This document shows positions 29,244-38,428 of a stretch of DNA of 64,000 nucleotides, in pieces; position 1 is the stretch's first letter; each line of letters starts with the position of its first letter. The notes beneath the pieces were generated by a model, which was given only the letters and a program-made list of their open reading frames with translations, searched no databases and had not been told where the DNA came from. The DNA comes from an uncultured Chloroflexia bacterium (GTDB lineage Bacteria; Chloroflexota; Limnocylindria; QHBO01), in contig CAVWZA010000019.1 in NCBI GenBank assembly GCA_963759405.1, forward strand, positions 1,314 through 65,313. Direction: 5' to 3'. The position numbers were made by a program, and so were the translations under genes.

Positions 29244-29451
29244 CGGCAGCTGCGGAAGCGATCGCACGCCCGATGGAGTACGAGCCCGGAGGGCGGGGCT
29301 GCCCGGGAGGTGCCTTCTCCCGCGCCTGGCGGGGCTTGGGCCGCTCCCTCCCGCCGTCCGGGCTCAGCGGTATGAACGGTGAATTACCGAGAGCGTTAGG
29401 AGCGACTGGTTGCCGAGCCGATATGGCACGCGGGATGCGACTCGCCGGCGC

Positions 29452-29859
29452 ATGACAGGCACATCGAGCTCAGGCCGGAAGACGTCGACGAAACCGCCGA
29501 GCCTCAGCGATCGCTTTCGGGACGGCGCCGATCAGATCACGCGGTGGGCCGGAACGCCCTGGACGATGGGAGCTGCCGCACTCGTCGTCATCGTCTGGGC
29601 GGCTCTGGGCCCGCTCTTTGGCTTCTCCGACACCTGGCAGCTGGTGATCAACACCGGCACGACGATCGTGACCTTTCTCATGGTGTTCGCCATCCAGACA
29701 AGTCAGAACCGGGCATCGGAAGCCACGCAGATCAAGCTCGACGAGCTGATCCGCGCCACCAAGGGGGCAAGGAACCGGCTCATCGATGAGGAGCATCGAA
29801 CGCAGGCCGAGCTCGAGGCCGACGAGCGAGCGTTCAAGCGCAAGGCGGGGGACCAGTAG
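29452..29859 (+). CDS. low-affinity iron permease family protein
   Basis: ..ITRWAGTPWTMGAAALVVIVWAALGPLFGFSDTWQLVINTGTTIVTFLMVFAIQTSQNR..QIKLDELIRA.. is the family core. Confidence 0.8.
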   Translation: MTGTSSSGRKTSTKPPSLSDRFRDGADQITRWAGTPWTMGAAALVVIVWAALGPLFGFSDTWQLVINTGTTIVTFLMVFAIQTSQNRASEATQIKLDELIRATKGARNRLIDEEHRTQAELEADERAFKRKAGDQ

Positions 29860-29903
29860 CTTCCCGCAGTGTGCCCGCAGTGGCAGCCACGTAGCCTGCC
29901 GGC

Positions 29904-30253
29904 ATGGTTCTCCAAATGCTCGCCGACGAGAAGCGCCGCTTCATGTTCCAGCACTCGTTTGCACACCGCCGGTGCGTGCACCTGATCGGACGGGCCCGAA
30001 ATGCCAGCCCCGCGCTTGCTCGTCTGTCCCCAATGTCGGCAGAGCGACGCACGATGGGTGCATCTGCGGATGTGTCTCACGTGCGGGTCGGTCGGCTGTT
30101 GCGACACCTCTCCGGGCCGCCATGCCGATCGACACTTCCGGGCAATCGGGGCATCCCGTCATGCGATCGGCCGAGCCGGGTGAGACGTGGGCCTGGTGCT
30201 ACGTGGACCACGCATACCTGACGTCGGTATCCATGCGTAGCCTGAGCGCATGA
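29904..30253 (+). CDS. UBP-type zinc-finger protein; two frame breaks
   Basis: ..CVHLIGR.. / ..CPQCRQSDARWVHLRMCLTCGSVGCCDTSPGRHADRHFRAIG / HPVMRSAEPGETWAWCYVD... Breaks at ~29992-29997 and in a G run at ~30148-30151. The start may be ATG 29943. Confidence 0.6.
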
Positions 30254-30918
30254 CGGACCAGCTGCGCGTCCTCCTCGAGATCGGTCCGAAGGGCAAACGG
30301 GTCGTCGCCAGCGCGATGGACTGGTCGGGCCTTGAGCGCTGGGGCCGGACCGAGGACGAGGCCGTCGACAAGCTGCTCGCCTACGTGCCGCGCTACGCGC
30401 CGGTGGCGGAGCGCGTCGGCCTCCGTGCCGAATTCGAGCGATCCGTCACGCCGCACATCCTCGAGCGCACGCCGGGCAACACGTCGACCGACTGGTGGGG
30501 CATTGCCCACGTGCCGTCCGTCATCGAGGCGGACCCGCTTCCCGATGACGAGCTCGAGCGACGGATCGGCATCATGCGTGCGACATGGGCGTACTTCGAC
30601 GATGCGGTTGACGCGTCCGATGCGCCGCTCACCCATGGTCCGCGCGGAGGCGGGCGTGAACGGGACCAGATCGTCCGGCACGTCTACGCGTCGGAACGAC
30701 ACAACTTCTGGCGCAAGGTGGCCATCCGCGAGGAGGACGGGGTGCGGCTGACGCCGGAGGAGCTCGCCGATCTGCGCGAGCGCTACGTGGCCGCGATCCG
30801 CGAGTACCACGCCGAGGACCGCCCGGCGCGCCGCTGGCCGCTCCGCTTCCTCATCCGCCGCACGGCGCAGCACGCGATGGACCACGCCTGGGAGCTGGAG
30901 GACCGCGACCCCGGTTGA
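30250..30918 (+). CDS. HicB-like N-terminal fold fused to a DinB-like helical-bundle domain
   Basis: ATGA overlap with the upstream gene. C-terminal ..RFLIRRTAQHAMDHAWELE.. is DinB_2-like. Same architecture as 43363..43974. Confidence 0.6.
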   Translation: MTDQLRVLLEIGPKGKRVVASAMDWSGLERWGRTEDEAVDKLLAYVPRYAPVAERVGLRAEFERSVTPHILERTPGNTSTDWWGIAHVPSVIEADPLPDDELERRIGIMRATWAYFDDAVDASDAPLTHGPRGGGRERDQIVRHVYASERHNFWRKVAIREEDGVRLTPEELADLRERYVAAIREYHAEDRPARRWPLRFLIRRTAQHAMDHAWELEDRDPG

Positions 30919-30942
30919 CCGGCGTCCTCGAGGCTGGTGAGG

Positions 30943-31029
30943 TGGTGCCGGAGGTGAGACTTGAACTCACACGAGCTTGCGCTCATCGGTGTTTGAGACC
31001 GACGCGTCTGCCGATTCCGCCACTCCGGC
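30943..31029 (-). tRNA. tRNA-Leu (anticodon CAA), CCA encoded
   Basis: The minus strand folds as GCCGGAG-TG-GCGGAATCGGCAGACGC-G-TCGGT-CTCAAAC-ACCGA-[long variable arm TGAGCGCAAGCTCGT]-GTGAG-TTCAAGT-CTCAC-CTCCGGC-ACCA. That gives a 7-bp acceptor stem, a T-loop TTCAAGT and an anticodon loop CT-CAA-AC. Confidence 0.9.
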
Positions 31030-31056
31030 GCGGGGAGCCGTCATTATAGAAAGCCG

Positions 31057-31668
31057 ATGGCCGATGCCCCCGAGAAGACACCAGCTCATCGCACGCCGCC
31101 ACTTCCGGACGAGGTTGCGGTGATCGCTCGGGCCGCCTCCGGCGATCGGACGGCCTTCGCGCAGCTCATGGAGCACTACCAGAGCGCCTGCTACGGCCTG
31201 GCCTGGCGCCTCCTGCACGACCCCGATCAGGCCGCCGATGCGACCCAGGACGCCTTCATCCACGCGTACCGGGCGATCGGCTCCTATCGGGGAGGGATCT
31301 TTCGCTCGTGGCTGCTGCGCATCACCGCCAATGCCAGCTACGACATCCTGCGTCGCGCGCAGCGCCGTCCGTCGAGCCCGCTGCCCGACCCCGACGAGGG
31401 CGCTCCCGAGCTCCCGGACCTCGGCGCCATCAACCCGCTTGCCGAGGCGACGAAGAGCGAGATGTATCGGCACCTCGAGGTGGCGCTGCGGCGTCTCCCG
31501 GAGGACCAGCGAACCGCCGTGGTGCTCTGCGACGTCTATGGCATGGACTACAACGAGGTGGCGGCCATGACCAGCTCCGCGCTCGGTACGGTGAAGTCGC
31601 GGATCCACCGCGGCCGGCTGCGGCTGCGGGAGCTGCTCGCCGAGCACCGGGAACTCTTCACAGGATGA
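31057..31668 (+). CDS. ECF-type RNA polymerase sigma-70 factor
   Basis: Region 2 ..DATQDAFIHAYRAI..WLLRITAN... Region 4 ..VVLCDVYGMDYNEVAAMTSSALGTVKSRIHRGR... Confidence 0.9.
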   Translation: MADAPEKTPAHRTPPLPDEVAVIARAASGDRTAFAQLMEHYQSACYGLAWRLLHDPDQAADATQDAFIHAYRAIGSYRGGIFRSWLLRITANASYDILRRAQRRPSSPLPDPDEGAPELPDLGAINPLAEATKSEMYRHLEVALRRLPEDQRTAVVLCDVYGMDYNEVAAMTSSALGTVKSRIHRGRLRLRELLAEHRELFTG

Positions 31669-31687
31669 AGGCGTCTGGACCGATAGC

Positions 31688-32407
31688 ATGCTGATCCCGA
31701 ACCACCCTGACGACGAGCGCCTCTCGGCGCTGGCCTCGCGCGACACCGATGCGATCGCCGACGCCGCGCTGACCACGCACGTCTCCTCCTGCAACCGATG
31801 CACCGAGCTCGTGGACGAGCTCGGTGCGCTGCGTCTTGCCCTCGCCGATCTTCCCGATCTCGCGCCGTCGCGGCCGCTCCAGCTCGTTCCGCCCGTCGAG
31901 GCGGACCACGCCGTCGATCGCCTCGGAGGCTGGGCGCGACGCTTCTTCGCCCCCGTCCTCGTCTCGGGCGCCGCGCTCGTGCTGGTCGGGGTCATCGGTA
32001 CGGCGAGTCCCTCCCTCGGCGGGATGGCGCTAAGTGGGGCGGCGGCTCCGCAGGAGGCTGCCGTCGGGAGCTCGTTAGAGGCGGAGCGTGACAGCGCCGC
32101 CCCGTCGGAACCGGCGGCGACGCGCGCACTCGTGAGCGCATCGGACTCAGCCGCAGCGCCTGGAGCGTATGCCGGTGGCGAAGCTGCCAGCAGCGAGGCT
32201 CCGCAGGCCTCCGATGAGGTCCAGACGCTCCAGTCGGACGGCGGCCTGGCGGCGGTGGATACGGGAACGGATCGCGAGGAGACGTCCTCGGCTCAGACTG
32301 ATCTGGCGGCCGACCGCTCGCCGTGGCCGATGGTCCTCTTCGCCGGCGTGGCGCTCATCGTCGCGGCGCTGCTCATGCGCTGGATCCTCGCACCGCGGTC
32401 TGCCTGA
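31688..32407 (+). CDS. anti-sigma factor (zinc-finger type), single-pass membrane protein
   Basis: HVSSCNRC (HxxxCxxC) near the N-terminus, TM segment FFAPVLVSGAALVLVGVIG and a second C-terminal TM. Located directly downstream of the ECF sigma gene. Confidence 0.75.
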   Translation: MLIPNHPDDERLSALASRDTDAIADAALTTHVSSCNRCTELVDELGALRLALADLPDLAPSRPLQLVPPVEADHAVDRLGGWARRFFAPVLVSGAALVLVGVIGTASPSLGGMALSGAAAPQEAAVGSSLEAERDSAAPSEPAATRALVSASDSAAAPGAYAGGEAASSEAPQASDEVQTLQSDGGLAAVDTGTDREETSSAQTDLAADRSPWPMVLFAGVALIVAALLMRWILAPRSA

Positions 32408-32431
32408 CCCTCGGCCGCCGTCGATCGCGGC

Positions 32432-32600
32432 TCGCGAACCGTCCAAATTCACACCAGGTGCGCGTTACACGCGTTCGGCCATCGCGAACCGTCCAAATTC
32501 ACACCAGGTGACCGCCAGAGCCCGAATCTGACCGTTCGCGGCCACTTCGGCCGCATAACGCTCACTCCATGTGAATTCGGACCATTCGCGCCAGGTGCGG
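32432..32600. repeat. intergenic repeat cluster: 29-bp exact direct repeat x2 (50-bp period) plus inverted partial copies
   Basis: TCGCGAACCGTCCAAATTCACACCAGGTG occurs at 32432..32460 and 32482..32510. Inverted partial copies lie at ~32523-32540 and 32571-32590. Hairpin GCGGCC-ACTTC-GGCCGC at 32538..32554. Confidence 0.8.
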
Positions 32601-32602
32601 AC

Positions 32603-33121
32603 TCAGAAGCTGAGGCGACCCGCCACGACGGCGCCCAGCAGCAGCACCAGGATCACGGCGCCGGCAAGCACGGCGGCCCAGCCCGAGTCCCGGAAGCTCG
32701 GCTCCGGCGGCGCCGGCCGCGGTGGGCGCCGCGTTCGCGGGATCGGAATCTCGCCGGGCTGACGAACGGTGCGAGGCGCGGCCCGGGTCTCGGCCGCGGT
32801 GGCCCGCCACGTCGCCCAGGTGCGCGTGGATGAGGGCGAGGCGGGCTGAATCGGTGAGCGGGAGGCGGCCCAGTGGCCGCTCGACGGCGTTCCCGACGAG
32901 GGGTGGGACCCGTCGTACTCGGCGCGACGAGCCGGATTGGACAGGATGGCCCACGCCTCGTTGATGTTGCGCATCCGCCCGGCCGCCTCCGCGGCGCCCT
33001 CGTGGAGGTCGGGGTGGTGAGCCTTCGCCAGGTGCCGATGAGCGCGCGCCACCTGCAGCGGCGTCGCGTCGCGCGCGACGCCGAGGACGGCGTACGGATC
33101 GAGGGTTGGGCGACCGGGCAT
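32603..33121 (-). CDS. J-domain (DnaJ-like) C-terminally membrane-anchored protein
   Basis: DPYAVLGVARDATPLQVARAHRHLAKAHHPD, with C-terminal TM AAVLAGAVILVLLLGAVVAG. Start placed at ATG 33121 (M38 of the ORF). Confidence 0.75.
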   Translation of the reverse strand: MPGRPTLDPYAVLGVARDATPLQVARAHRHLAKAHHPDLHEGAAEAAGRMRNINEAWAILSNPARRAEYDGSHPSSGTPSSGHWAASRSPIQPASPSSTRTWATWRATAAETRAAPRTVRQPGEIPIPRTRRPPRPAPPEPSFRDSGWAAVLAGAVILVLLLGAVVAGRLSF

Positions 33122-33128
33122 GTGGCCG

Positions 33129-33134
33129 ATTCTA
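33129..33134 (-). promoter_or_regulatory. -10-like box TAGAAT, 7 nt upstream of ATG 33121
   Basis: The minus strand reads gccgTAGAATcggccacATGccc. It shares the TAGAATCGG motif with the uvrB and uvrC upstream regions. Confidence 0.45.
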
Positions 33135-33200
33135 CGGCGGGCGAAGGCCGGCCAGATGGGGCGGCCGACAGGTCGCCATCGGTCTAGACTCAAAGCGCCC

Positions 33201-36089
33201 ATGGCCGACCGACGACCTCTCCTCATGCTCATCGACGGGCCGAGCCTCGTGTACCGCGGCTACTTCGCGCTGCCGCCGCTGACGATGTCGGACGGCACGC
33301 TGGTGAACGCCGTCTTCGGGTTCCTCCAGATCGTGCTGCGGGGCATGCAGGACGTCAGGCCGGACTACGCGATCGTCAGCTTCGACGTCGGCAAGCCGCA
33401 GTTCCGGTTCGATGCCTACCCGGAGTACAAGGCGGGGCGACCGAGCATGCCGGACGACCTGCGCGGGCAGTTTCCGATCGTGCGCCAGATCACCGCAATG
33501 ATGGGCATGCCGGTCCGCGAGCTGGAGGGATACGAGGCCGACGACGTGATCGGCACGCTCGCCAAGAAGGCGACGGCGCAGGGCATCGACACCATGATCG
33601 TGTCCGGCGATCTCGACGGCCTCCAGCTGGTGGACGACCACGTGCGGCTGCTGACCACGCGCATGGGCGTGGCCTCGACCGTGATCTACGACGAGGCCCG
33701 GGTCATGGAGCGATACGGCCTGCGGCCCGACCAGATGCTCGACTACAAGGCCCTCAAGGGCGACACCTCCGACAACATTCCCGGAGTGCCCGGGGTGGGG
33801 GAGAAGACGGCAATCAGCCTGCTCCAGCAGTTCGAGACGCTCGACGGGGTCTACGAGCGGCTCGACGAGGTGAAGGGAAAGCTGCGCGACCGCCTGGCGG
33901 AGCATCGCGAGTCGGCCTTCATGTCCCGCGAGATCGGCCGCATCGTCACCGACCTGCCGGTCGAGCTGGAGGTGGAGGAGGCGCGCACCGGCCGATACGA
34001 TCGCCGTGCCGTGGCGCAGCGCTTCCGCGAGCTCGAGTTCCGGTCGCTGATCGACCGGCTGCCGGCGTCGACCATCGCACCGACCGGTCACGACAGCCCC
34101 GAGCAGGAGACGGGCGGCGGCCTGCAGCTCAGCCTGGACCTGCTCGGTGGCCGGGCCGGCGCGCAGCCCGCCACCGAAGAGACGGCACGGGAGCGTCCGG
34201 ATCCACTGGCCGATCCCGGCGGCGCGATCGAGCACGTCGATCCGCGGATCGCGCGCTCGGCCGCCGACCTCGACGCGCTCGCAGCATGGCTGGCGGTCCA
34301 CGGCGACGCCGTCGGCCTCGGCTGGATGGTCGGGACCGGCCGCCCGCTGGCGCGGCGCCTGTTCGGGATCGCGTTGGCGGCGGCCGACGGCAGCGCCTGG
34401 TACGTCCCGTGCGACCCGGGCAGCGTCGCCCTGGAGCGGCTGCCGGCCGAGCTCCTGCGCACGGACCGCGTCCGCATCGGCCATGACCTGAAGCAGCTGG
34501 TGACCACGCTGTGGGCGGATCGCGACCTGGAGCTCGGCGGCACCTTCGTCGACACGCTGGTCGCCGGCTACATGGTGAACCAGGCGCTGCGCTCGCAGAC
34601 GATCGAGGACCTCGTATCGCAGCATTTCGGCGCGGAGCTGCCGCCGAAGCCGGTGAACCCCGAGACGGGCGCCGAGGAGCATCCCATCGCGCGCCGCGCG
34701 GCAGGAGAGGCGCTGACGGCGCTGCTGGCCCAGCCGATCCTCCGCCGCCAGCTGGAGGAGGGCGGACTGGCGCAGCTCTTCGACGAGGTCGAGATGCCGC
34801 TCCTTCCGGTCCTGGCGCGGATGGAGAAGGCCGGCGTCAAGATCGACCTCGAGGCGCTCGGCGCCATGAGCGAGGAGTTCGGCGCGACGCTGGCCGATCT
34901 CGAGGCCAGGATCTTCGGCCTGGTCGGGCACGAGTTCAACATCGGCTCACCGCGCCAGCTCGAGACGGTCCTCTTCGACGAGCTGCAGCTTCCGTCCACG
35001 AAGCGCACCCGGACCAGCCGCTCGACCGATGCATCGGTCCTCGAGGAGCTGCGCGACAAGCACGAGGTGGTCGGGCTCATCCTCGAGCACCGCCAGGTCT
35101 CGAAGCTGAAGTCGACCTACGTCGACGCGCTGCCGACCCTCGTCGATGGCCAGGACCGGCTGCACACCACCTACCAGCAGGCGGTGGCCGCCACCGGGCG
35201 CCTGTCGAGCACCGATCCGAACCTCCAGAACATCCCGATCCGCACGGCTCTCGGCCGCCGGATCCGTCGTGCGTTCGTGGCGCCGCCGGGCAGGCTGCTG
35301 CTCGGCGCCGACTACTCGCAGCAGGAGCTGCGCATCCTCGCCCACGTCTCGCAGGATCCCGGGCTGAAGGCCGACTTCGCCGCCCACGCCGACATCCACC
35401 TCGCCGCCGCGGCGCGCGTCCTGGGCCTGGCACCCGACCAGGTCGGGCCGAAGGAGCGCAGCGTGGCGAAGATGATCAACTACGGGATCGCCTACGGGCT
35501 GTCCGACTTCGGGCTGGCCCAGCGGCTCAACATCCCGCGCGAGGAGGCGCACGTCTTCATCGAGGACTACTACGCCGCCTACCCGGGGATCCGGCGCTAC
35601 ACGACCGAGATGAAGATCCTGGCGCGCGACCAGGGGTTCGTGACCACCCTGCTCGGCCGCCGCCGATACCTGCCGGAGCTCGCGGCCCGCAACCCGTCGC
35701 TCCGCTCGGCCGGGGAGCGAATGGCCATCAACATGCCGATCCAGGGCACGGCGGCCGACGGCATGAAGATCGCCATGGTGCGGCTGGATGCGGCAATTCG
35801 CGACCGCGGGCTGCGCTCCGAGATGCTGCTCCAGGTCCACGACGAGCTCATCTTCGAGACCGATGAGGACGAGCTGCCGGTGCTTGCCGCCCTCGCGCGC
35901 GACATCATGCGGGCCGCCCTGCCGCTCGACGTGCCGCTCGAGGTGGACCTGAAGGTCGGGGAGAACTGGGAGCAGATGGACCGGTACCTGGAGGACGATG
36001 CCGGCAGCTGGCGCCGCGTGCCGAAGTCCGCCGGCGACGTGGCCCGCGAAGAGGCCGAGGAAGAGGTCGCCGCGGAGCTCGTTCCGTAG
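33201..36089 (+). CDS. polA: DNA polymerase I
   Basis: 5'-nuclease LIDGPSLVYRGYFA, polymerase motif A DYSQQELRILAH, motif B RSVAKMINYGIAYG, motif C QVHDELIFE. A TAGACT box lies 10 nt upstream of ATG 33201. Confidence 0.95.
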   Translation: MADRRPLLMLIDGPSLVYRGYFALPPLTMSDGTLVNAVFGFLQIVLRGMQDVRPDYAIVSFDVGKPQFRFDAYPEYKAGRPSMPDDLRGQFPIVRQITAMMGMPVRELEGYEADDVIGTLAKKATAQGIDTMIVSGDLDGLQLVDDHVRLLTTRMGVASTVIYDEARVMERYGLRPDQMLDYKALKGDTSDNIPGVPGVGEKTAISLLQQFETLDGVYERLDEVKGKLRDRLAEHRESAFMSREIGRIVTDLPVELEVEEARTGRYDRRAVAQRFRELEFRSLIDRLPASTIAPTGHDSPEQETGGGLQLSLDLLGGRAGAQPATEETARERPDPLADPGGAIEHVDPRIARSAADLDALAAWLAVHGDAVGLGWMVGTGRPLARRLFGIALAAADGSAWYVPCDPGSVALERLPAELLRTDRVRIGHDLKQLVTTLWADRDLELGGTFVDTLVAGYMVNQALRSQTIEDLVSQHFGAELPPKPVNPETGAEEHPIARRAAGEALTALLAQPILRRQLEEGGLAQLFDEVEMPLLPVLARMEKAGVKIDLEALGAMSEEFGATLADLEARIFGLVGHEFNIGSPRQLETVLFDELQLPSTKRTRTSRSTDASVLEELRDKHEVVGLILEHRQVSKLKSTYVDALPTLVDGQDRLHTTYQQAVAATGRLSSTDPNLQNIPIRTALGRRIRRAFVAPPGRLLLGADYSQQELRILAHVSQDPGLKADFAAHADIHLAAAARVLGLAPDQVGPKERSVAKMINYGIAYGLSDFGLAQRLNIPREEAHVFIEDYYAAYPGIRRYTTEMKILARDQGFVTTLLGRRRYLPELAARNPSLRSAGERMAINMPIQGTAADGMKIAMVRLDAAIRDRGLRSEMLLQVHDELIFETDEDELPVLAALARDIMRAALPLDVPLEVDLKVGENWEQMDRYLEDDAGSWRRVPKSAGDVAREEAEEEVAAELVP

Positions 36090-36090
36090 C

Positions 36091-37005
36091 ATGCCGGAGC
36101 TGCCCGAAGTCGAGACGGTGGCGCGCGATCTCCAGCGCTGGGTCGCGGGCGCCACGATCACCGATGCCACGGTCAGCTGGGAGCGCACGATTCGCCACCC
36201 CCAGCCGCCAGAGCGATTCGCGGCCGAGATCGCCGGCGCCACGATCCGGCGTGTGAGCCGGCGAGCGAAGACGGTCCTGCTGCACCTCGAGGACGGACGC
36301 GTGATGACGGTCGCGCTCCGCATGACGGGTGCGCTGCTGGTGACGCCGGCCGACGCGGCGCCGGATCCCTACGTCCGGGTCGTCTTCGAGCTGGCCGACG
36401 GCCGACAGCTGCGCTACCGCGACGTCCGCAAGTTCGGGCGCATCGGGCTGTGGCCGGGCGGGGGGCTGCGCAGCGTCGGGGGCGGGCGGGGCGCACGGTC
36501 ACGAAAGGTCGCGGAGGCGGGCCGTCGCTATCGCATCGGCGAGGTCTTCAGCGGGCACGGGCCGGAGCCGCTTCAGCGCGGGTTCACCGCGGCGCGCCTG
36601 GCGGAGCGGCTGCGGGGTCGATCGGCGAAGCTGAAGTCGCTGCTGCTCGACCAGAGCTTCATCGCCGGCGTCGGGAACATCTACGCCGATGAGGCGCTCT
36701 GGCGCGCGCGGCTCCATCCGCTGCGGACGGCCGACACCCTCGACGCCGGCGATGTCAGGCGCCTCCACCGCGCCGTGCGCCAGGTCCTGCGCGAAGGGAT
36801 CGCCAACCGGGGCGCGAGCTTCAGCGACTACGTCGGCGCGGACGGCGAGCCGGGCGAGAATGCCGAGCGGCTGGCGGTCTATCGGCGCACCGATCAGCCG
36901 TGCTATCGCTGCGGCCGGCCGATCCGGCGCATCGTGGTGGGGCAGCGGAGCACGCATTACTGCCCGCATTGCCAGCCCGAGCCGGTAGCATCCGAGCCGG
37001 CATGA
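36091..37005 (+). CDS. mutM: formamidopyrimidine-DNA glycosylase
   Basis: N-terminal MPELPEVE, H2TH ..LLDQSFIAGVGNIYADEAL.., zinc finger CYRCG..HYCPHCQ. Starts 2 nt after the polA stop. Confidence 0.95.
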   Translation: MPELPEVETVARDLQRWVAGATITDATVSWERTIRHPQPPERFAAEIAGATIRRVSRRAKTVLLHLEDGRVMTVALRMTGALLVTPADAAPDPYVRVVFELADGRQLRYRDVRKFGRIGLWPGGGLRSVGGGRGARSRKVAEAGRRYRIGEVFSGHGPEPLQRGFTAARLAERLRGRSAKLKSLLLDQSFIAGVGNIYADEALWRARLHPLRTADTLDAGDVRRLHRAVRQVLREGIANRGASFSDYVGADGEPGENAERLAVYRRTDQPCYRCGRPIRRIVVGQRSTHYCPHCQPEPVASEPA

Positions 37006-37574
37006 AGGTGATCGGTCTGACCGGCAACATCGGCTGCGGCAAGTCCACCGTGGCGGGGATGCTGCGCGAGGCGGGGGTGGCCACCATCGACGCCGACGCG
37101 GTCACCCGCGAGATCCGCAACAACGATGCGGATGCGCGGGCGGAGATCCAGGCGCGCTTTGGGACCTACGACGCCGATGAGCTCGGGCGGATCGTGTTCA
37201 GTGACGCCGGCGCGCTGGCCGACCTCGAGCGCATCCTGCATCCGAGGGTTCGCGGCGCCGTCCGAGCCCGGCTCGCGGAGCTGGACCAGGGCGGGGCGGC
37301 GACGGCCAGCGTCGAGGCGATCAAGCTGCTCGAGTCGCCACTCGCCGATGCGTGCGACCAGGTCTGGGTCGTGCGCTGCGAGGAGGACGATGCGATTCGC
37401 CGCCTTGCGGAGTCGCGCGGCATGGACGAGGAGACGGCCCGGAAGCGGCTGGCCAGCCAGTCCTCCCAGTCGGACAAGGTCGCCGCGGCCGACGTCGTGA
37501 TCGACGGGTCGGCGCCGATCGAGGAGACGCGTCGCCAGGTGGAGCTTGCCCTGGCGACGCTCCGCTCGACCTAG
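37002..37574 (+). CDS. coaE: dephospho-CoA kinase
   Basis: MKVIGLTGNIGCGKST P-loop. ATGA overlap with mutM. Confidence 0.9.
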   Translation: MKVIGLTGNIGCGKSTVAGMLREAGVATIDADAVTREIRNNDADARAEIQARFGTYDADELGRIVFSDAGALADLERILHPRVRGAVRARLAELDQGGAATASVEAIKLLESPLADACDQVWVVRCEEDDAIRRLAESRGMDEETARKRLASQSSQSDKVAAADVVIDGSAPIEETRRQVELALATLRST

Positions 37575-38395
37575 TTGCCGGCCGCTCGCTCCTCGAGGAC
37601 CGGCTGCACCGGCACCGGGAAGTCGAACTCGTCGATCAGGCTGTCGATCGTCGATCCATCGGTCTCGGCCTGGCGATCGTCCTCTTCGGGACGGAGCACG
37701 AGGGTGAAGACGCCGCCGGCCGCGGTGAGCTCGGCGATCTTCTCGGCCGTCACCACGTCCGCGCGGAGGATGTAGATCGCGCCGTTGCGGGCCAGGATCG
37801 TCATCGACTGCATGGTCACCTTGGTCGACGGCCCCGGGATGAACTCGGACGCCTGCTCGGCGACCTCCTCGGGGGTCTGGCCGATCTCGGGGTTGATCGC
37901 CATGGTCACGATGAGGTCGACCCGCTGGCCCGCAACGAGCGTGCCGGCCACGGCGTTGGCGTCGGCGACGGTCACGCTGATGGCGCGGAGGTCGGGCCCG
38001 TTCGGATCGAAGTCCTGCCCGGGCTCCAGGATCGAGAAGGTCTGTCCCTCGGTCGTGGAGGCGAGCAGGTTTTGGGTCATCAGCTGCCCGGTCGCCACCG
38101 GGACGCCCACGACTCGCCCGAGGACCTCGTCGAGCGACCCGAAGGCGGTCTCGTTCGACGGATCGGCGGGGATCGAGCGAACGCTGACGTCGCCCTCCTC
38201 GATCGCCTTGCGCGACGGGATCTCGCGGGTCGCCACGACGACGTCCCGCATCTCCACGGCGGCGTTCTCGGCCGTCAGCCCGCTCGCGCGCAGCGCGAGG
38301 AACACGGTCGCTGCAACGAGGAGCGCCATGATGATGCCGACGCCGATGTAGACCTTTGATCGGCGGCTGTTCTTATCCGAGTATTCGAGTTCCAC
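37571..38395 (-). CDS. cpaB: Flp-pilus assembly protein CpaB/RcpC family (SAF-domain protein)
   Basis: N-terminal TM (VYIGVGIIMALLVAATVFLAL), ..VVVATREIPSRKAIEEGDV.. (SAF-like), ..ISVTVADANAVAGTLVAGQRVDLIV... Last gene of the tadE-tadG-cpaB operon. Confidence 0.7.
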   Translation of the reverse strand: MELEYSDKNSRRSKVYIGVGIIMALLVAATVFLALRASGLTAENAAVEMRDVVVATREIPSRKAIEEGDVSVRSIPADPSNETAFGSLDEVLGRVVGVPVATGQLMTQNLLASTTEGQTFSILEPGQDFDPNGPDLRAISVTVADANAVAGTLVAGQRVDLIVTMAINPEIGQTPEEVAEQASEFIPGPSTKVTMQSMTILARNGAIYILRADVVTAEKIAELTAAGGVFTLVLRPEEDDRQAETDGSTIDSLIDEFDFPVPVQPVLEERAAGN

Positions 38396-38428
38396 GACTC
38401 ATTGCGCTCCTAGCGACTGGGTGATTGA

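Noticed and set aside
29250-29410. A GC-rich imperfect long hairpin and ORF 29042..29455 in the spacer after the dehydrogenase gene, considered as an ncRNA or small gene.
   Set aside because: The stems are interrupted and no better than expected for GC-rich sequence. The ORF is low-complexity Arg/Gly-rich with no start-site signals.
30943-31029. tRNA-Leu as an integration hotspot flanked by a genomic island.
   Set aside because: There is no integrase, no direct repeat of the tRNA 3' end, and no compositional break that I can see. The neighbours are an ECF sigma/anti-sigma pair and a DinB-like gene.
32432-32510. A possible mini-CRISPR array (29-bp exact repeat).
   Set aside because: There are only two copies, the spacer is only 21 bp (50-bp period), the flanking copies are inverted and degenerate, and no cas gene occurs in the window.
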